Positions 9,673 to 18,024 of a stretch of DNA of 64,000 nucleotides are shown one piece after another (position 1 is the stretch's first letter; the number at the start of each line of letters is the position of its first letter). The notes under the pieces are model-generated. The model saw only the letters and a program-made list of their open reading frames with translations. It was not told where the DNA came from and made no database searches. The stretch is from an uncultured delta proteobacterium (GTDB taxonomy: Bacteria; Myxococcota_A; Polyangia; Polyangiales; B10-G4). A program made the translations under genes and the position numbers. The DNA lies in assembly GCA_963727445.1 (NCBI GenBank), contig CAVSGI010000017.1, positions 128,001 through 192,000 on the forward strand, given 5' to 3'.

Positions 9673-10343
9673 GTGACGAATGCGCTCCGGTTGAGGTCCT
9701 CGGGCTCGCAGGACTCCGCCTCGCCGCTGCGGTTCCACTCGCAGAAGCTCGGGTCCAGCTGGGCGTACTCCTCGCCGAGCCAGAGCAGCCCCACCTCGCG
9801 TTCGAGCTCCGGCGTCGGGAAGTTCGTCGCCAGGTGCTCGAGCACCGCTTCCGCGCGGCCGCGGGAAAGCTCGCTGTTGAACTCCGCCGAGCCGTCCGGC
9901 GAAGCGCGGGCGACCACCAGGAAGTAGCTCGCGCCGCCGCGATCGGCGAAGACGCTGTCGATGAGCTGCTTGTCGGTCTCGTCGAGATCGATGCCGGCGC
10001 GGTCATACTGAACGATGCCGCCCCGATCCCGCATCGGAACGAAGAGCGCGTTGAAGTCCGCGTCGTCCATGGTGGCCACGTTGCGCGCCTCGAGAGGCTG
10101 ACAGCCGCGGCCGCCCTCCCCGCCGATCAGGCCGCAGCTCGAGAGCACGCGCCTGAGGATCTGCTTGAGCTGCGGGGTGCAGTACGCCTCGTTCGCTTGC
10201 GCCGCGATGGCCACCGCCGGCTGCTCGTCGGCGCTGGCTTCGGCGGCCTTCAGCCGTGCCTCCGCCGAGCCCTCCCAGCTCATCACCAGAGCGGCAGGCA
10301 AGAGCAGAAAGACGACGCCCAGACCATAAGCGAGATACTTCAC
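9651..10343 (-). CDS. OmpA-like (peptidoglycan-binding) domain membrane-anchored protein, Cys-containing
   Basis: N-terminal hydrophobic helix; RASPDGSAEFNSELSRGRAEAV and LNRSA match the OmpA C-terminal pattern. Confidence 0.7.
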   Translation of the reverse strand: MKYLAYGLGVVFLLLPAALVMSWEGSAEARLKAAEASADEQPAVAIAAQANEAYCTPQLKQILRRVLSSCGLIGGEGGRGCQPLEARNVATMDDADFNALFVPMRDRGGIVQYDRAGIDLDETDKQLIDSVFADRGGASYFLVVARASPDGSAEFNSELSRGRAEAVLEHLATNFPTPELEREVGLLWLGEEYAQLDPSFCEWNRSGEAESCEPEDLNRSAFVTWIDCTL

Positions 10344-11953
10344 GGGTCCACCTCCTCACCCAGCGCCGGCTCGGCTGGGGCCATGTCGGGCGGGCCCTGG
10401 GCCATCGAGGGCGGCCCCTGGCCCTGCCCCTGCCCCATGTTCCCGCTGGTCGTACCCTCGCCGGCGATCGCCTCGCCCGCGGCTTGCATCGCCATCGAGG
10501 TCGCCTCGCCCACGGCCTCCGCCGCTTCGGCGACGCCCTCGGCGGCGCTGGTGCCTTCGATCGGCGCCGGTGTCTCGCCTTCCGCCGCCGCCGCTGCATC
10601 CGTCGCCACGCCGGCGTCCCCTGCGGGCGCCTCCTCTTCTTCCTCCGCCGCAGGCGCGTGACGGATCACCTGCCGCGGCGCCTCCTCACGCTCCACCTCG
10701 CGCGCGAGCAGCACCTCCGACTCCTCTACCGGTTGGATGCGCGGCGAGCCTTCGCCGGTGCGGTCGAGGAGGCGAGTGAGCGCGAAGTCCATGCCGAGGT
10801 CGGTGTCCGCGTCGCAGAGTCGGGTGCCGCCCACGTAGACCTGCGGCGTGATGATCGGCATGCGGTTGTCGACCGCGAAGCGCAGCGCGAGGTTGAGACG
10901 CGCGCGCACCGTCGGGGTGCCGATGCACTCGGCGACGAAGGGGAAGTGCTCTGCCACCATGCGGCCGGGCGCCTCGGGGTCGTCCTCGGCGGCGGTGCGG
11001 ATCGCGTCCTGCTCGTCGAAGGCCCAGTCGAGGACCTCTTCTGCCCGATCCCCGGCGCAGAGCACCGCCTCGCTCACGGCGCAGGCGCCCGGATGGATCG
11101 CGCTCGAAATCATCCAGTTGCACTCGGTGTCGAGGGGGAAGAGCAGCGCCTGACGGCTCACGCGATTGGCGAATTCCGCCGCCTCGAAGCGGCGCTCGAA
11201 GCCGCGGCACGCCGGGCAGAGCGGGTCGAGCATCTCGACCATCTCCACCCCGCCACTCTGCGGGCCCATGGGCACGAGGATGTCGTCCGCGATCTCCAGC
11301 TTGGTGAGCTCACCACAGGCGCCGACGTAGTGCTCGAAGTCGGGCGCGGTGGCCGCGTAGGCGCCCACCGGCAAGGCGACGAAGATCACACCGACCAAGA
11401 AGGCGATGCCCATCGCGGCGGGGGTGGCGGGCGCGGGCGCGTCCTCCGGCGCGTCGGCGCGCCCCGCCATGATCGCGAAGACGAGCGCGCCCAGAAACGC
11501 CAGACCACTCGACGCGTAGATGCCGATGCACATCTTGCAGGCGGCATCGAGGGTGACGAGCGAGATGTAGCCCATGACCATGCTGGTGATCAGCGGCACT
11601 CCGGTCGCCGCGACCAGGAACCACCCCGACTTCGCGTCGGCATTGCGCCGGGTCAGGATGAGGAAGACCGCCGCGAAGGCGAGAAAGGAAAAGACCGCCA
11701 TCGCCGGCAGGGAGATGGGGATGCCGCCCCAGATGCTGGCCCGCATCACCGACGAGTAGGGACTCATCAAGGTGACGTGGCAGCCGGTCGCCCCGGTGGC
11801 ATCGGTTCCCTCGATGCCTGGCAGAAACGAACAGTGGATGCCGTGCACCTCTCTATCGAGGTGCTGGACGAAGTCGTAGGTGGAAAACGACGCGAAGAAG
11901 ACGCCGGCCACCGAAGCGACGAAAACGAGAATCAACCATGGGCTCGGACGCAT
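10340..11953 (-). CDS. Vitamin K epoxide reductase (VKOR) domain fused to DsbA-like thioredoxin domain
   Basis: N-terminal TMs with loop Cys pair (IHCS...GCHV), SPYS, CKMC redox motif; second domain has DPLCPAC and TP loop; acidic Ala-rich tail. Confidence 0.88.
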   Translation of the reverse strand: MRPSPWLILVFVASVAGVFFASFSTYDFVQHLDREVHGIHCSFLPGIEGTDATGATGCHVTLMSPYSSVMRASIWGGIPISLPAMAVFSFLAFAAVFLILTRRNADAKSGWFLVAATGVPLITSMVMGYISLVTLDAACKMCIGIYASSGLAFLGALVFAIMAGRADAPEDAPAPATPAAMGIAFLVGVIFVALPVGAYAATAPDFEHYVGACGELTKLEIADDILVPMGPQSGGVEMVEMLDPLCPACRGFERRFEAAEFANRVSRQALLFPLDTECNWMISSAIHPGACAVSEAVLCAGDRAEEVLDWAFDEQDAIRTAAEDDPEAPGRMVAEHFPFVAECIGTPTVRARLNLALRFAVDNRMPIITPQVYVGGTRLCDADTDLGMDFALTRLLDRTGEGSPRIQPVEESEVLLAREVEREEAPRQVIRHAPAAEEEEEAPAGDAGVATDAAAAAEGETPAPIEGTSAAEGVAEAAEAVGEATSMAMQAAGEAIAGEGTTSGNMGQGQGQGPPSMAQGPPDMAPAEPALGEEVDP

Positions 11954-12097
11954 CAGTCCCCCTCCGGGTCGCGATCACACCGACTGGGGATGTGTGCTGT
12001 CAAGCCGCTCGCTCCGTTTGAGGGCGACGAGACCGGAAAGATCCCCCGTTGCGGAAAGTGATTCGCCCCATTGTTTGATCGGGTGGAAAGATCCACC

Positions 12098-12613
12098 ATG
12101 CGCGCCATGAGTGAATCGGATTGTCCCTGCGGGAGCGGCAAGGCCTTCGAGGACTGCTGCGAGCCGGTGATCGAGGGCAAGGAGAAGGCGAAGACCGCCG
12201 AGGCGCTGATGCGCGCCCGCTACTCCGCTTACGCCACGCACCGGACGGCGTTCGTCATCAACACCCACGACCCCGAGACGCGGCACGAGCTCGACGAAAA
12301 GGCCACCGAGAAGTGGGCGGCGGGCAACGACTGGCTGAACCTGGAGATCAAGGAGATCGACAAAGGCGGCGAGAAGGACGAGGCGGGGATCGTCGAGTTC
12401 ATCGCCACCTACTCCGACGAGCGGGAACGCACCCAGACCCACCACGAGCGCTCCGAGTTCGTCCGCCGGGATGGGACCTGGTACTTCCACGATGGGGAGG
12501 TGACGGTGCAGAAGCCGGCCCGATCCGAGAAGGTCGGGCGAAACGAGCCCTGCCCCTGCGGATCGGGCAAGAAGTACAAGAAGTGCCATGGGAGGCCCGG
12601 AGCCACGGCATGA
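12098..12613 (+). CDS. ychJ: YchJ family protein with N- and C-terminal SEC-C motifs
   Basis: [52 protein letters not shown]. Confidence 0.92.
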   Translation: MRAMSESDCPCGSGKAFEDCCEPVIEGKEKAKTAEALMRARYSAYATHRTAFVINTHDPETRHELDEKATEKWAAGNDWLNLEIKEIDKGGEKDEAGIVEFIATYSDERERTQTHHERSEFVRRDGTWYFHDGEVTVQKPARSEKVGRNEPCPCGSGKKYKKCHGRPGATA

Positions 12614-12644
12614 GGGGCGGAATCGCAACGGATTCCGCCTTTCG
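12614..12644 (+). terminator. Probable intrinsic terminator after ychJ
   Basis: GGCGGAATC-gcaacg-GATTCCGCC 9-bp stem followed by TTT. Confidence 0.55.
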
Positions 12645-12751
12645 TGTTGTGTCCGGCCGGCTTTGGGGCTAGATGATGCGCGCTTCGGGGGTCTTCCGGC
12701 CCGAGTGCCGGGGCACTAGAGAAGAGCATCAAGGAATCGAGAGGACTGGTT

Positions 12752-13021
12752 TTGGCGAAACGACGCGGCGGCAGAAGGCGCAGTTACGACGGCGGAGGGA
12801 ACGACGATCGTAGCGATCACGTCAAGGTCGAGGGGGTCGTCAGCCAGGTCTTCGCCGGTGGGCAGTTCGAGATCGAGCTCGACACGGGCGGCACCGTGCG
12901 GGCGCAGCTCTGCGGACGCATGCGCAAGTTCCGCATTCGCGTCCTGCTCGGCGACCGGGTCACGGTCGCCCTCTCCCCCTACGATCTGACCCACGGGATG
13001 ATCGTCTTCCGGACGAAGTAG
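12752..13021 (+). CDS. infA: Translation initiation factor IF-1 with R/G-rich N-terminal extension
   Basis: VEGVV...F.IELD...LCGRMRKFRIRVLLGDRVTVALSPYDLTHG.IVFR; TTG start after GAGAGGA. Confidence 0.93.
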   Translation: MAKRRGGRRRSYDGGGNDDRSDHVKVEGVVSQVFAGGQFEIELDTGGTVRAQLCGRMRKFRIRVLLGDRVTVALSPYDLTHGMIVFRTK

Positions 13022-13323
13022 GTCGTGGAAACGCAGTCCCGGCTCAGGCCCGCTGCGCTCGGGACACGCGCCGTTCGCTTCGCGAACTCTGCGAGTCCTG
13101 CCGCTCCGCGCCCCTGAGCCTTGTGTGTCGTGGAAACGCAGTCCCGGCTCAGGCCCGCTGCGCTCGGGACACGCGCCGTTCGCTTCGCGAACTCTGCGAG
13201 TCCTGCCGCTCCGCGCCCCTGAGCCTTGTGTGTCGTGGAAACGCAGTCCCGGCTCAGGCCCGCTGCGCTCGGGACACGCGCCGTTCGCTTCGCGAACTCT
13301 GCGAGTCCTGCCGCTCCGCGCCC
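13022..13323. repeat. Tandem array of ~2.9 identical 105-bp structured units (REP/BIME-like) between convergent genes
   Basis: Units start at 13022, 13127 and 13232; outer stem GGCTCAGG/CCTGAGCC; inner hairpin GTTCGC-TTC-GCGAAC. Confidence 0.95.
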
Positions 13324-13328
13324 TCGAC

Positions 13329-15107
13329 CTACCCGTCCTTGGTCTTGTCGTCGACGAGCTTCTCGAGCTCTTCGCGGGTGACGCCGAGTCGCTCGGCGAC
13401 CCGGTGGGCGAGCGAGGTCTTGGCGACGCCGAGGATGAAGCCGAAGGTGGGACGCTCGTCCTCGTCGAGCTCGACCTCGAGGAAGGCGAGGCCCTCCACC
13501 GGGGGCTCCTTCTCGAGGCGCGCCGCCAGCCCGAGGAAGTGGGTGCTGATGAAGACCTGGGGCTGGAGGCGCGGCAGCAGCGAGACGACCATCTCGAAGA
13601 TCGCCTCGCCCTCCATCGGGTTGGTGCCGGAGCACAGCTCGTCGAGAATGGCGAGCGACCCGGGCTCGAGCTCCTCGAAGAGACGACGGATGCGCAGGAG
13701 CTCGGTGCCGAGGCGCCCCTCTTTCTGCGCGGCGTCCTGCTCGATCACCAGGGACACGAAGAGGCCAGGCGCGCGCACCAGGCGCGCGCGGGCGGCCGGG
13801 ACGAACATGCCGACCTGACCGAGGCATTGGGTCAGCGCGATCGCCTGGAGGAGGCGCGTCTTTCCGCCCGAGTTGGGGCCGGTGAGGATCGCCAGGTCGT
13901 CGCTCAGGGGAACGTCGCAGGGGATCGGCACGATGTCCTGCAGGAAGAGCAGCGGATTGAACAGACCGTCGAGGACGCGCGGCGCCTCGCCGTCCTCCGC
14001 CGGCTCGTCTGCGTCGTGGATCTCGGGGAGGCAGACCTCGAGCTTTCGCTTCTCACAGAAGTCTCGGAAGGACAGCCCGGCCAGATAGAGCTCCACCGGA
14101 CCGGTGAGCGCGAGGCAGGTGACGACCGCGTCGACGAAGGGTGAGAAGACGACATCGAGCAGACGCACGACCACTTCGTTCTCGCCGTAGCGATGGCCGC
14201 GGAAGAACGAGGCGATGCGCTGAAAGAAGCGCACCACGGGACCGGGCAGGAGCGCGTTGTCCGTGTTCTCCTGGATCCGCGTGATGGCGAAGCCGCGCAT
14301 GATGCCGTCGGCGCCGAGCCGCAGGCGGATGTCGACGGTCGCCATGTTGTCATCGAAGTCGAGGAGCTGGGCCAGGCGCTCGTACGCGTCGCCGTCGCGC
14401 ATGGCTTCGCCCGAAGCGCGGAGGCGACCGAGGAGCGAGCCGGTGCTGGCGAAGCCGTCGGCGAGGGCGTCGATGGAGTCGCGGAGCGCTTCGAGCACCT
14501 GGAGCTTGCGGCGAATGGGGCTGGGCTCTTCGGTGCGGCCGGCCTCGAGGGCGGAGCGCAGCTTGCGGATGGAGACGTAGAAACGCTCGAGATCGGCGCG
14601 CAGCTCGGGACGCTCCACCAGCTCGGCGAAGACCTCCTGGCGCGCGGCGACGTCGAGCGCGTCCTCGGGCGGCGCGGAGAGGATGCGGGTGAGGAGACGG
14701 TCGGCGACGTCGTACCTGCGCCCTTCGACCTCGATGCGGAAGCACTTGGCGATGAGCTCGTCGAAGTAGAGCTGCGGTGCGAAGGCCGGCGCGTCGAAGC
14801 TCGAAGGCGCGAGGGGCGTCGCGTCGATCAGCGTGTCGAAGACGCCCGCACAGTCGCCCCCTTCGTAGGCGAAGCGCACCAGCTCGCGAGCCCCCTTGAG
14901 GTCGCCCCAGCGTCGCGGCTGATCGTGGAGCAGGTCCGGGCCGGCGAGGCCGTCCTCGGAAGGCGCCTGGCCCACGGGCTGGACGTAGTAGCCGGATTCA
15001 GCCTCGTCCTTGCTCTGGGACCGCCGCCGCCGGCGCCGCTGGCGGATGCTCCCCGCCAACTCCTTGGACCTGCCTCTAGAACGCACGACGGATGGGGAGT
15101 ATCGCAT
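13329..15107 (-). CDS. MutS-related ATPase (domain V-type, no mismatch-recognition domain)
   Basis: LTGPNSGGKT Walker A, GMFVPA, GRLGTEL, ILDELCSGTNP.EG, ISTHF; start uncertain (ATG 15107 or GTG 14975). Confidence 0.85.
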   Translation of the reverse strand: MRYSPSVVRSRGRSKELAGSIRQRRRRRRSQSKDEAESGYYVQPVGQAPSEDGLAGPDLLHDQPRRWGDLKGARELVRFAYEGGDCAGVFDTLIDATPLAPSSFDAPAFAPQLYFDELIAKCFRIEVEGRRYDVADRLLTRILSAPPEDALDVAARQEVFAELVERPELRADLERFYVSIRKLRSALEAGRTEEPSPIRRKLQVLEALRDSIDALADGFASTGSLLGRLRASGEAMRDGDAYERLAQLLDFDDNMATVDIRLRLGADGIMRGFAITRIQENTDNALLPGPVVRFFQRIASFFRGHRYGENEVVVRLLDVVFSPFVDAVVTCLALTGPVELYLAGLSFRDFCEKRKLEVCLPEIHDADEPAEDGEAPRVLDGLFNPLLFLQDIVPIPCDVPLSDDLAILTGPNSGGKTRLLQAIALTQCLGQVGMFVPAARARLVRAPGLFVSLVIEQDAAQKEGRLGTELLRIRRLFEELEPGSLAILDELCSGTNPMEGEAIFEMVVSLLPRLQPQVFISTHFLGLAARLEKEPPVEGLAFLEVELDEDERPTFGFILGVAKTSLAHRVAERLGVTREELEKLVDDKTKDG

Positions 15108-15207
15108 GTCGAGACCTTTGGGACACTGGACGCGTCCGGTTGTTCCCATCCTCGGCGCGGCGCCTCGCCAGCGGCCGTGAGCGGGGAGTGCTATACGGCC
15201 CAGACCC

Positions 15208-16752
15208 ATGGCCCTGAAGCTCATCGCCGTTTTCGGCTATCTGGTGGCCTTGCTGGTGATCGGCGCCCTCGCGTCGAAGCGGATGAGCGACGTCGGAGAC
15301 TACTTCGCCGGCGGCAAGAAGCTCGGGTTCTGGGTGGTGGCCTTCTCCTCGCGGGCCACCGGGGAGTCGGCCTGGCTCCTCCTCGGGCTGACCGGCATGG
15401 GGGCCCTGGTGGGCCTGCAGGCGTTCTGGGTGGTCCTCGGCGAGATCCTCGGCGTCGCGGGCGCGTGGCTGGTGATGGCGCGCCGCTTCAAGAAGCTCAC
15501 CGATCGCTACGACTCGATCACCGTCCCCGACTATCTCGAGTCCCGCTTCCGCGACGACAGTCAGCTCCTACGCAAGATCGCCGCCGCCTCCTTGGTGGTC
15601 TTCGTGACCGTCTACGTCAGCGCCCAGATCGACGCGACCGGCACCGCCTTCGAGACCTTCCTCGGTTGGAACTACTACGTCGGGGCTCTGGTGGGCTTCG
15701 CGGTGGTGCTGGTCTACATCGTGAGCGGCGGCTTCGTGGCCGTCGCCTGGTCCGACGTCTTTCAGGGCTCGCTGATGTTCCTCGGCCTGGTGACCCTGCC
15801 GATCATCGGGACCTTCCTCGCGGGCGGCGTCTCGGAGGTGGTGGACGGCCTGCGCGCGCAGGATCCGTCGCTCCTGCACATCGGCTTTGGACGAGGGCTG
15901 AACGGCTACGCCCACGTGCTGAGCTTCGTGCTCATCGGCCTGGGCTTTCTCGGCTCGCCGCAGGTCTTCGTGCGCTTCATCTCGATCCGCTCGCCCGACG
16001 AGGTGCCACGCGGCGCGGCCGTCGCGATCACCTACACGACGCTCGCCCTCTCGGGCGCGGTGCTCACGGGCATGGTGGGGCGACATCTGCTCATCGGCAG
16101 CGGGGCGGACGCCCCCGACGTGGTCGAGACCCTCGGCAACGGCGCCCAGAACGTCCTGCCCATCCTGGTGGAGAGCTACCTGCCGGCGATCCTGGCCGGC
16201 GTCTTCATCGCCATCGTTCTGTCGGCGATCATGAGCACCATCGACTCGCTCCTCGTCGTGGCCGCGAGCGCCCTGGTGCGCGACTGGTACCAGAAGGTGA
16301 AGAACCCATCCCTGCCCGACGACGCGCTGGTGGGGCTGAGCCGCAAGGCCACCGTCGGCCTCGCGTTTCTCGCGCTGACCGTCGCCCTGTCGGTGGCGAC
16401 CTTCGTCCCGGGCCGCACCGTCTTCTGGTTCGTGATCTTCGGCTGGTCGGGGATCAGCGCGACCTTCTGTCCGACGATGATCCTCTCGGTCTTCTGGAAA
16501 GGCATGACCTCCCGCGGGGCCATCGCCGCGATGCTGATCGGTTTTGCGAGCGTGCCCTTCTTCAAGTTCGTCGCCCCGGGACTGCCCGTGGTCGGCGGCT
16601 TCTTCGGGGCACTCGAGGAGCTGCCGCCAGCGTTCATCCTCTCGGGGCTCTTTGGGATCGCCGTCAGCCTGGCGGACGCCCAGGGACGGAGCCACGTGCC
16701 GATGGTGGAAGAAGAGCTCCTGGCCGCTGCCGAGGCGTCAGAGAGGAGTTGA
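15208..16752 (+). CDS. Sodium:solute symporter, PutP (Na+/proline)-like
   Basis: DYFAGG, SSRATGESAWLLLG, GGFVAVAWSD.FQG, GSPQVFVRF, SAIMSTIDS. Confidence 0.9.
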   Translation: MALKLIAVFGYLVALLVIGALASKRMSDVGDYFAGGKKLGFWVVAFSSRATGESAWLLLGLTGMGALVGLQAFWVVLGEILGVAGAWLVMARRFKKLTDRYDSITVPDYLESRFRDDSQLLRKIAAASLVVFVTVYVSAQIDATGTAFETFLGWNYYVGALVGFAVVLVYIVSGGFVAVAWSDVFQGSLMFLGLVTLPIIGTFLAGGVSEVVDGLRAQDPSLLHIGFGRGLNGYAHVLSFVLIGLGFLGSPQVFVRFISIRSPDEVPRGAAVAITYTTLALSGAVLTGMVGRHLLIGSGADAPDVVETLGNGAQNVLPILVESYLPAILAGVFIAIVLSAIMSTIDSLLVVAASALVRDWYQKVKNPSLPDDALVGLSRKATVGLAFLALTVALSVATFVPGRTVFWFVIFGWSGISATFCPTMILSVFWKGMTSRGAIAAMLIGFASVPFFKFVAPGLPVVGGFFGALEELPPAFILSGLFGIAVSLADAQGRSHVPMVEEELLAAAEASERS

Positions 16753-17976
16753 TTCGGGCGCGCGCTCGACCGAGCCGTCCAGGAAATGGATCGCGGGCGC
16801 ACCGGCCTCTTCGGCGAGCTCCCGGAAGTCGGTGTGGAGGTCCCCGCAGAGGCCGCGCTCGGCGAAGCCCACGCCGCCGCAGTGGGTGCTCACGCTGCCG
16901 GAGAAGCCCATGCCGCCGAACACGCGGGGATCGAAATGGCGGCGGGCCCGCGCACAGGAATCGGCGAGCTCGCCCGAGGCGCCTTCGCATCGAGTGTCGA
17001 GGGCGGCCAGGATCTGCGGAGCGTCCGCATCGAAGAGCGCGTTCGGCGCCGCGACGAGGGTATCGATGAGCCCCGCCAGCGCCGCTCCTTCCTCCGGCCC
17101 CTCCTCGAGGCGGAGGATGAGGGTGTCCGGTGCGTAGGACGGCCAGTGCCGGTCGAAGTGATGGAGACGGTGGAGCTCGTCCACATCCCGCGCCTCGGTG
17201 CCGGGCATCACCCGGTCGATCAGCCGGCGGGCGATCGCCTCGCGGACCGGCGCCTGGTAGCTGTCGGCGCGATTGGCGACGATGTCGGCGAAGGTCGCCA
17301 GCGAATCCCACTCCATCGCCTGCGCCTCCGCCGAGAGCTCGACGACGAAAGCGCCGCGATCGAACATCTGCGAGAGGACGTTTTGACGACCCGAATCGGG
17401 CGTGCCCTCGAGCAGCGTGAGCGTGTCGTCCGGCTCCGTGCTCTCCACCAGCGTGCGGCGCATGACGAAGCGCGCGTGGCAGCCCTCCGACTCGGCCCGT
17501 GACAGGAGCGCCAGCCCCTTCTCGAAGGCGCGCTCGGGCCACCCCACGATCGCCACTTCGCGCGTGACCTCCAGCGGCCCCTCGGCCGTGGACGCCCGCA
17601 CGATCGCCCGGTACAGGCCGGGACGCGCGCAATGGCCGTGGCTGTGGCCCAGCTCGGTGCTGCCCCCAGCCGCCAATTCGCGAAGCGCATCCCTGTCGGG
17701 ATCGTAGTGGAGGCACGGATCGGTCTCGGCCCAGGACCCGTCGGACTGCTGAGCTTCCATCCGAAACATGGGCGGATCCCAGCAGAAGCCTTCCTCGCAG
17801 CCGACGGTGATCGTTTCGTCGCTGCCGTTGTGAAGCGTCCACGCCACGTCGCCGTCGTCGTCGACGGAGCCACTGAGCGAAAGGCGCGCGCTCGCTTCTT
17901 CGACGGCGGGCGTGTCGGTCCCCATCATGCAACCGGAGAAGAGAAGGAGAGCGAGTGCGACGAAGAGCGGGTGCAT
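16738..17976 (-). CDS. Hypothetical lipoprotein
   Basis: Lipobox FSGC, high-GC3 codon pattern, several Cys; no recognised domain. Confidence 0.65.
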   Translation of the reverse strand: MHPLFVALALLLFSGCMMGTDTPAVEEASARLSLSGSVDDDGDVAWTLHNGSDETITVGCEEGFCWDPPMFRMEAQQSDGSWAETDPCLHYDPDRDALRELAAGGSTELGHSHGHCARPGLYRAIVRASTAEGPLEVTREVAIVGWPERAFEKGLALLSRAESEGCHARFVMRRTLVESTEPDDTLTLLEGTPDSGRQNVLSQMFDRGAFVVELSAEAQAMEWDSLATFADIVANRADSYQAPVREAIARRLIDRVMPGTEARDVDELHRLHHFDRHWPSYAPDTLILRLEEGPEEGAALAGLIDTLVAAPNALFDADAPQILAALDTRCEGASGELADSCARARRHFDPRVFGGMGFSGSVSTHCGGVGFAERGLCGDLHTDFRELAEEAGAPAIHFLDGSVERAPESTPL

Positions 17977-17981
17977 GCGGG

Positions 17982-18009
17982 CTAGACACCCACCATACGG
18001 CGAAGTTCC
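17982..18009 (-). promoter_or_regulatory. Putative ECF (sigmaE-type) promoter, leaderless
   Basis: GGAACTT-N16-TCTAG ending 5 nt before ATG 17976; matches the GAACTT-N16-TCT consensus. Confidence 0.55.
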
Positions 18010-18024
18010 GTCGGCTCTTCCCCG

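Noticed and set aside
13022..13323. Tandem hammerhead ribozyme or CRISPR
   Set aside because: No CUGAnGA core on either strand and no variable spacers
12979..13827. ORFs with repeated peptides crossing the 105-bp array
   Set aside because: They are translations of the DNA repeat and overlap infA and the MutS-like gene; no independent coding signal
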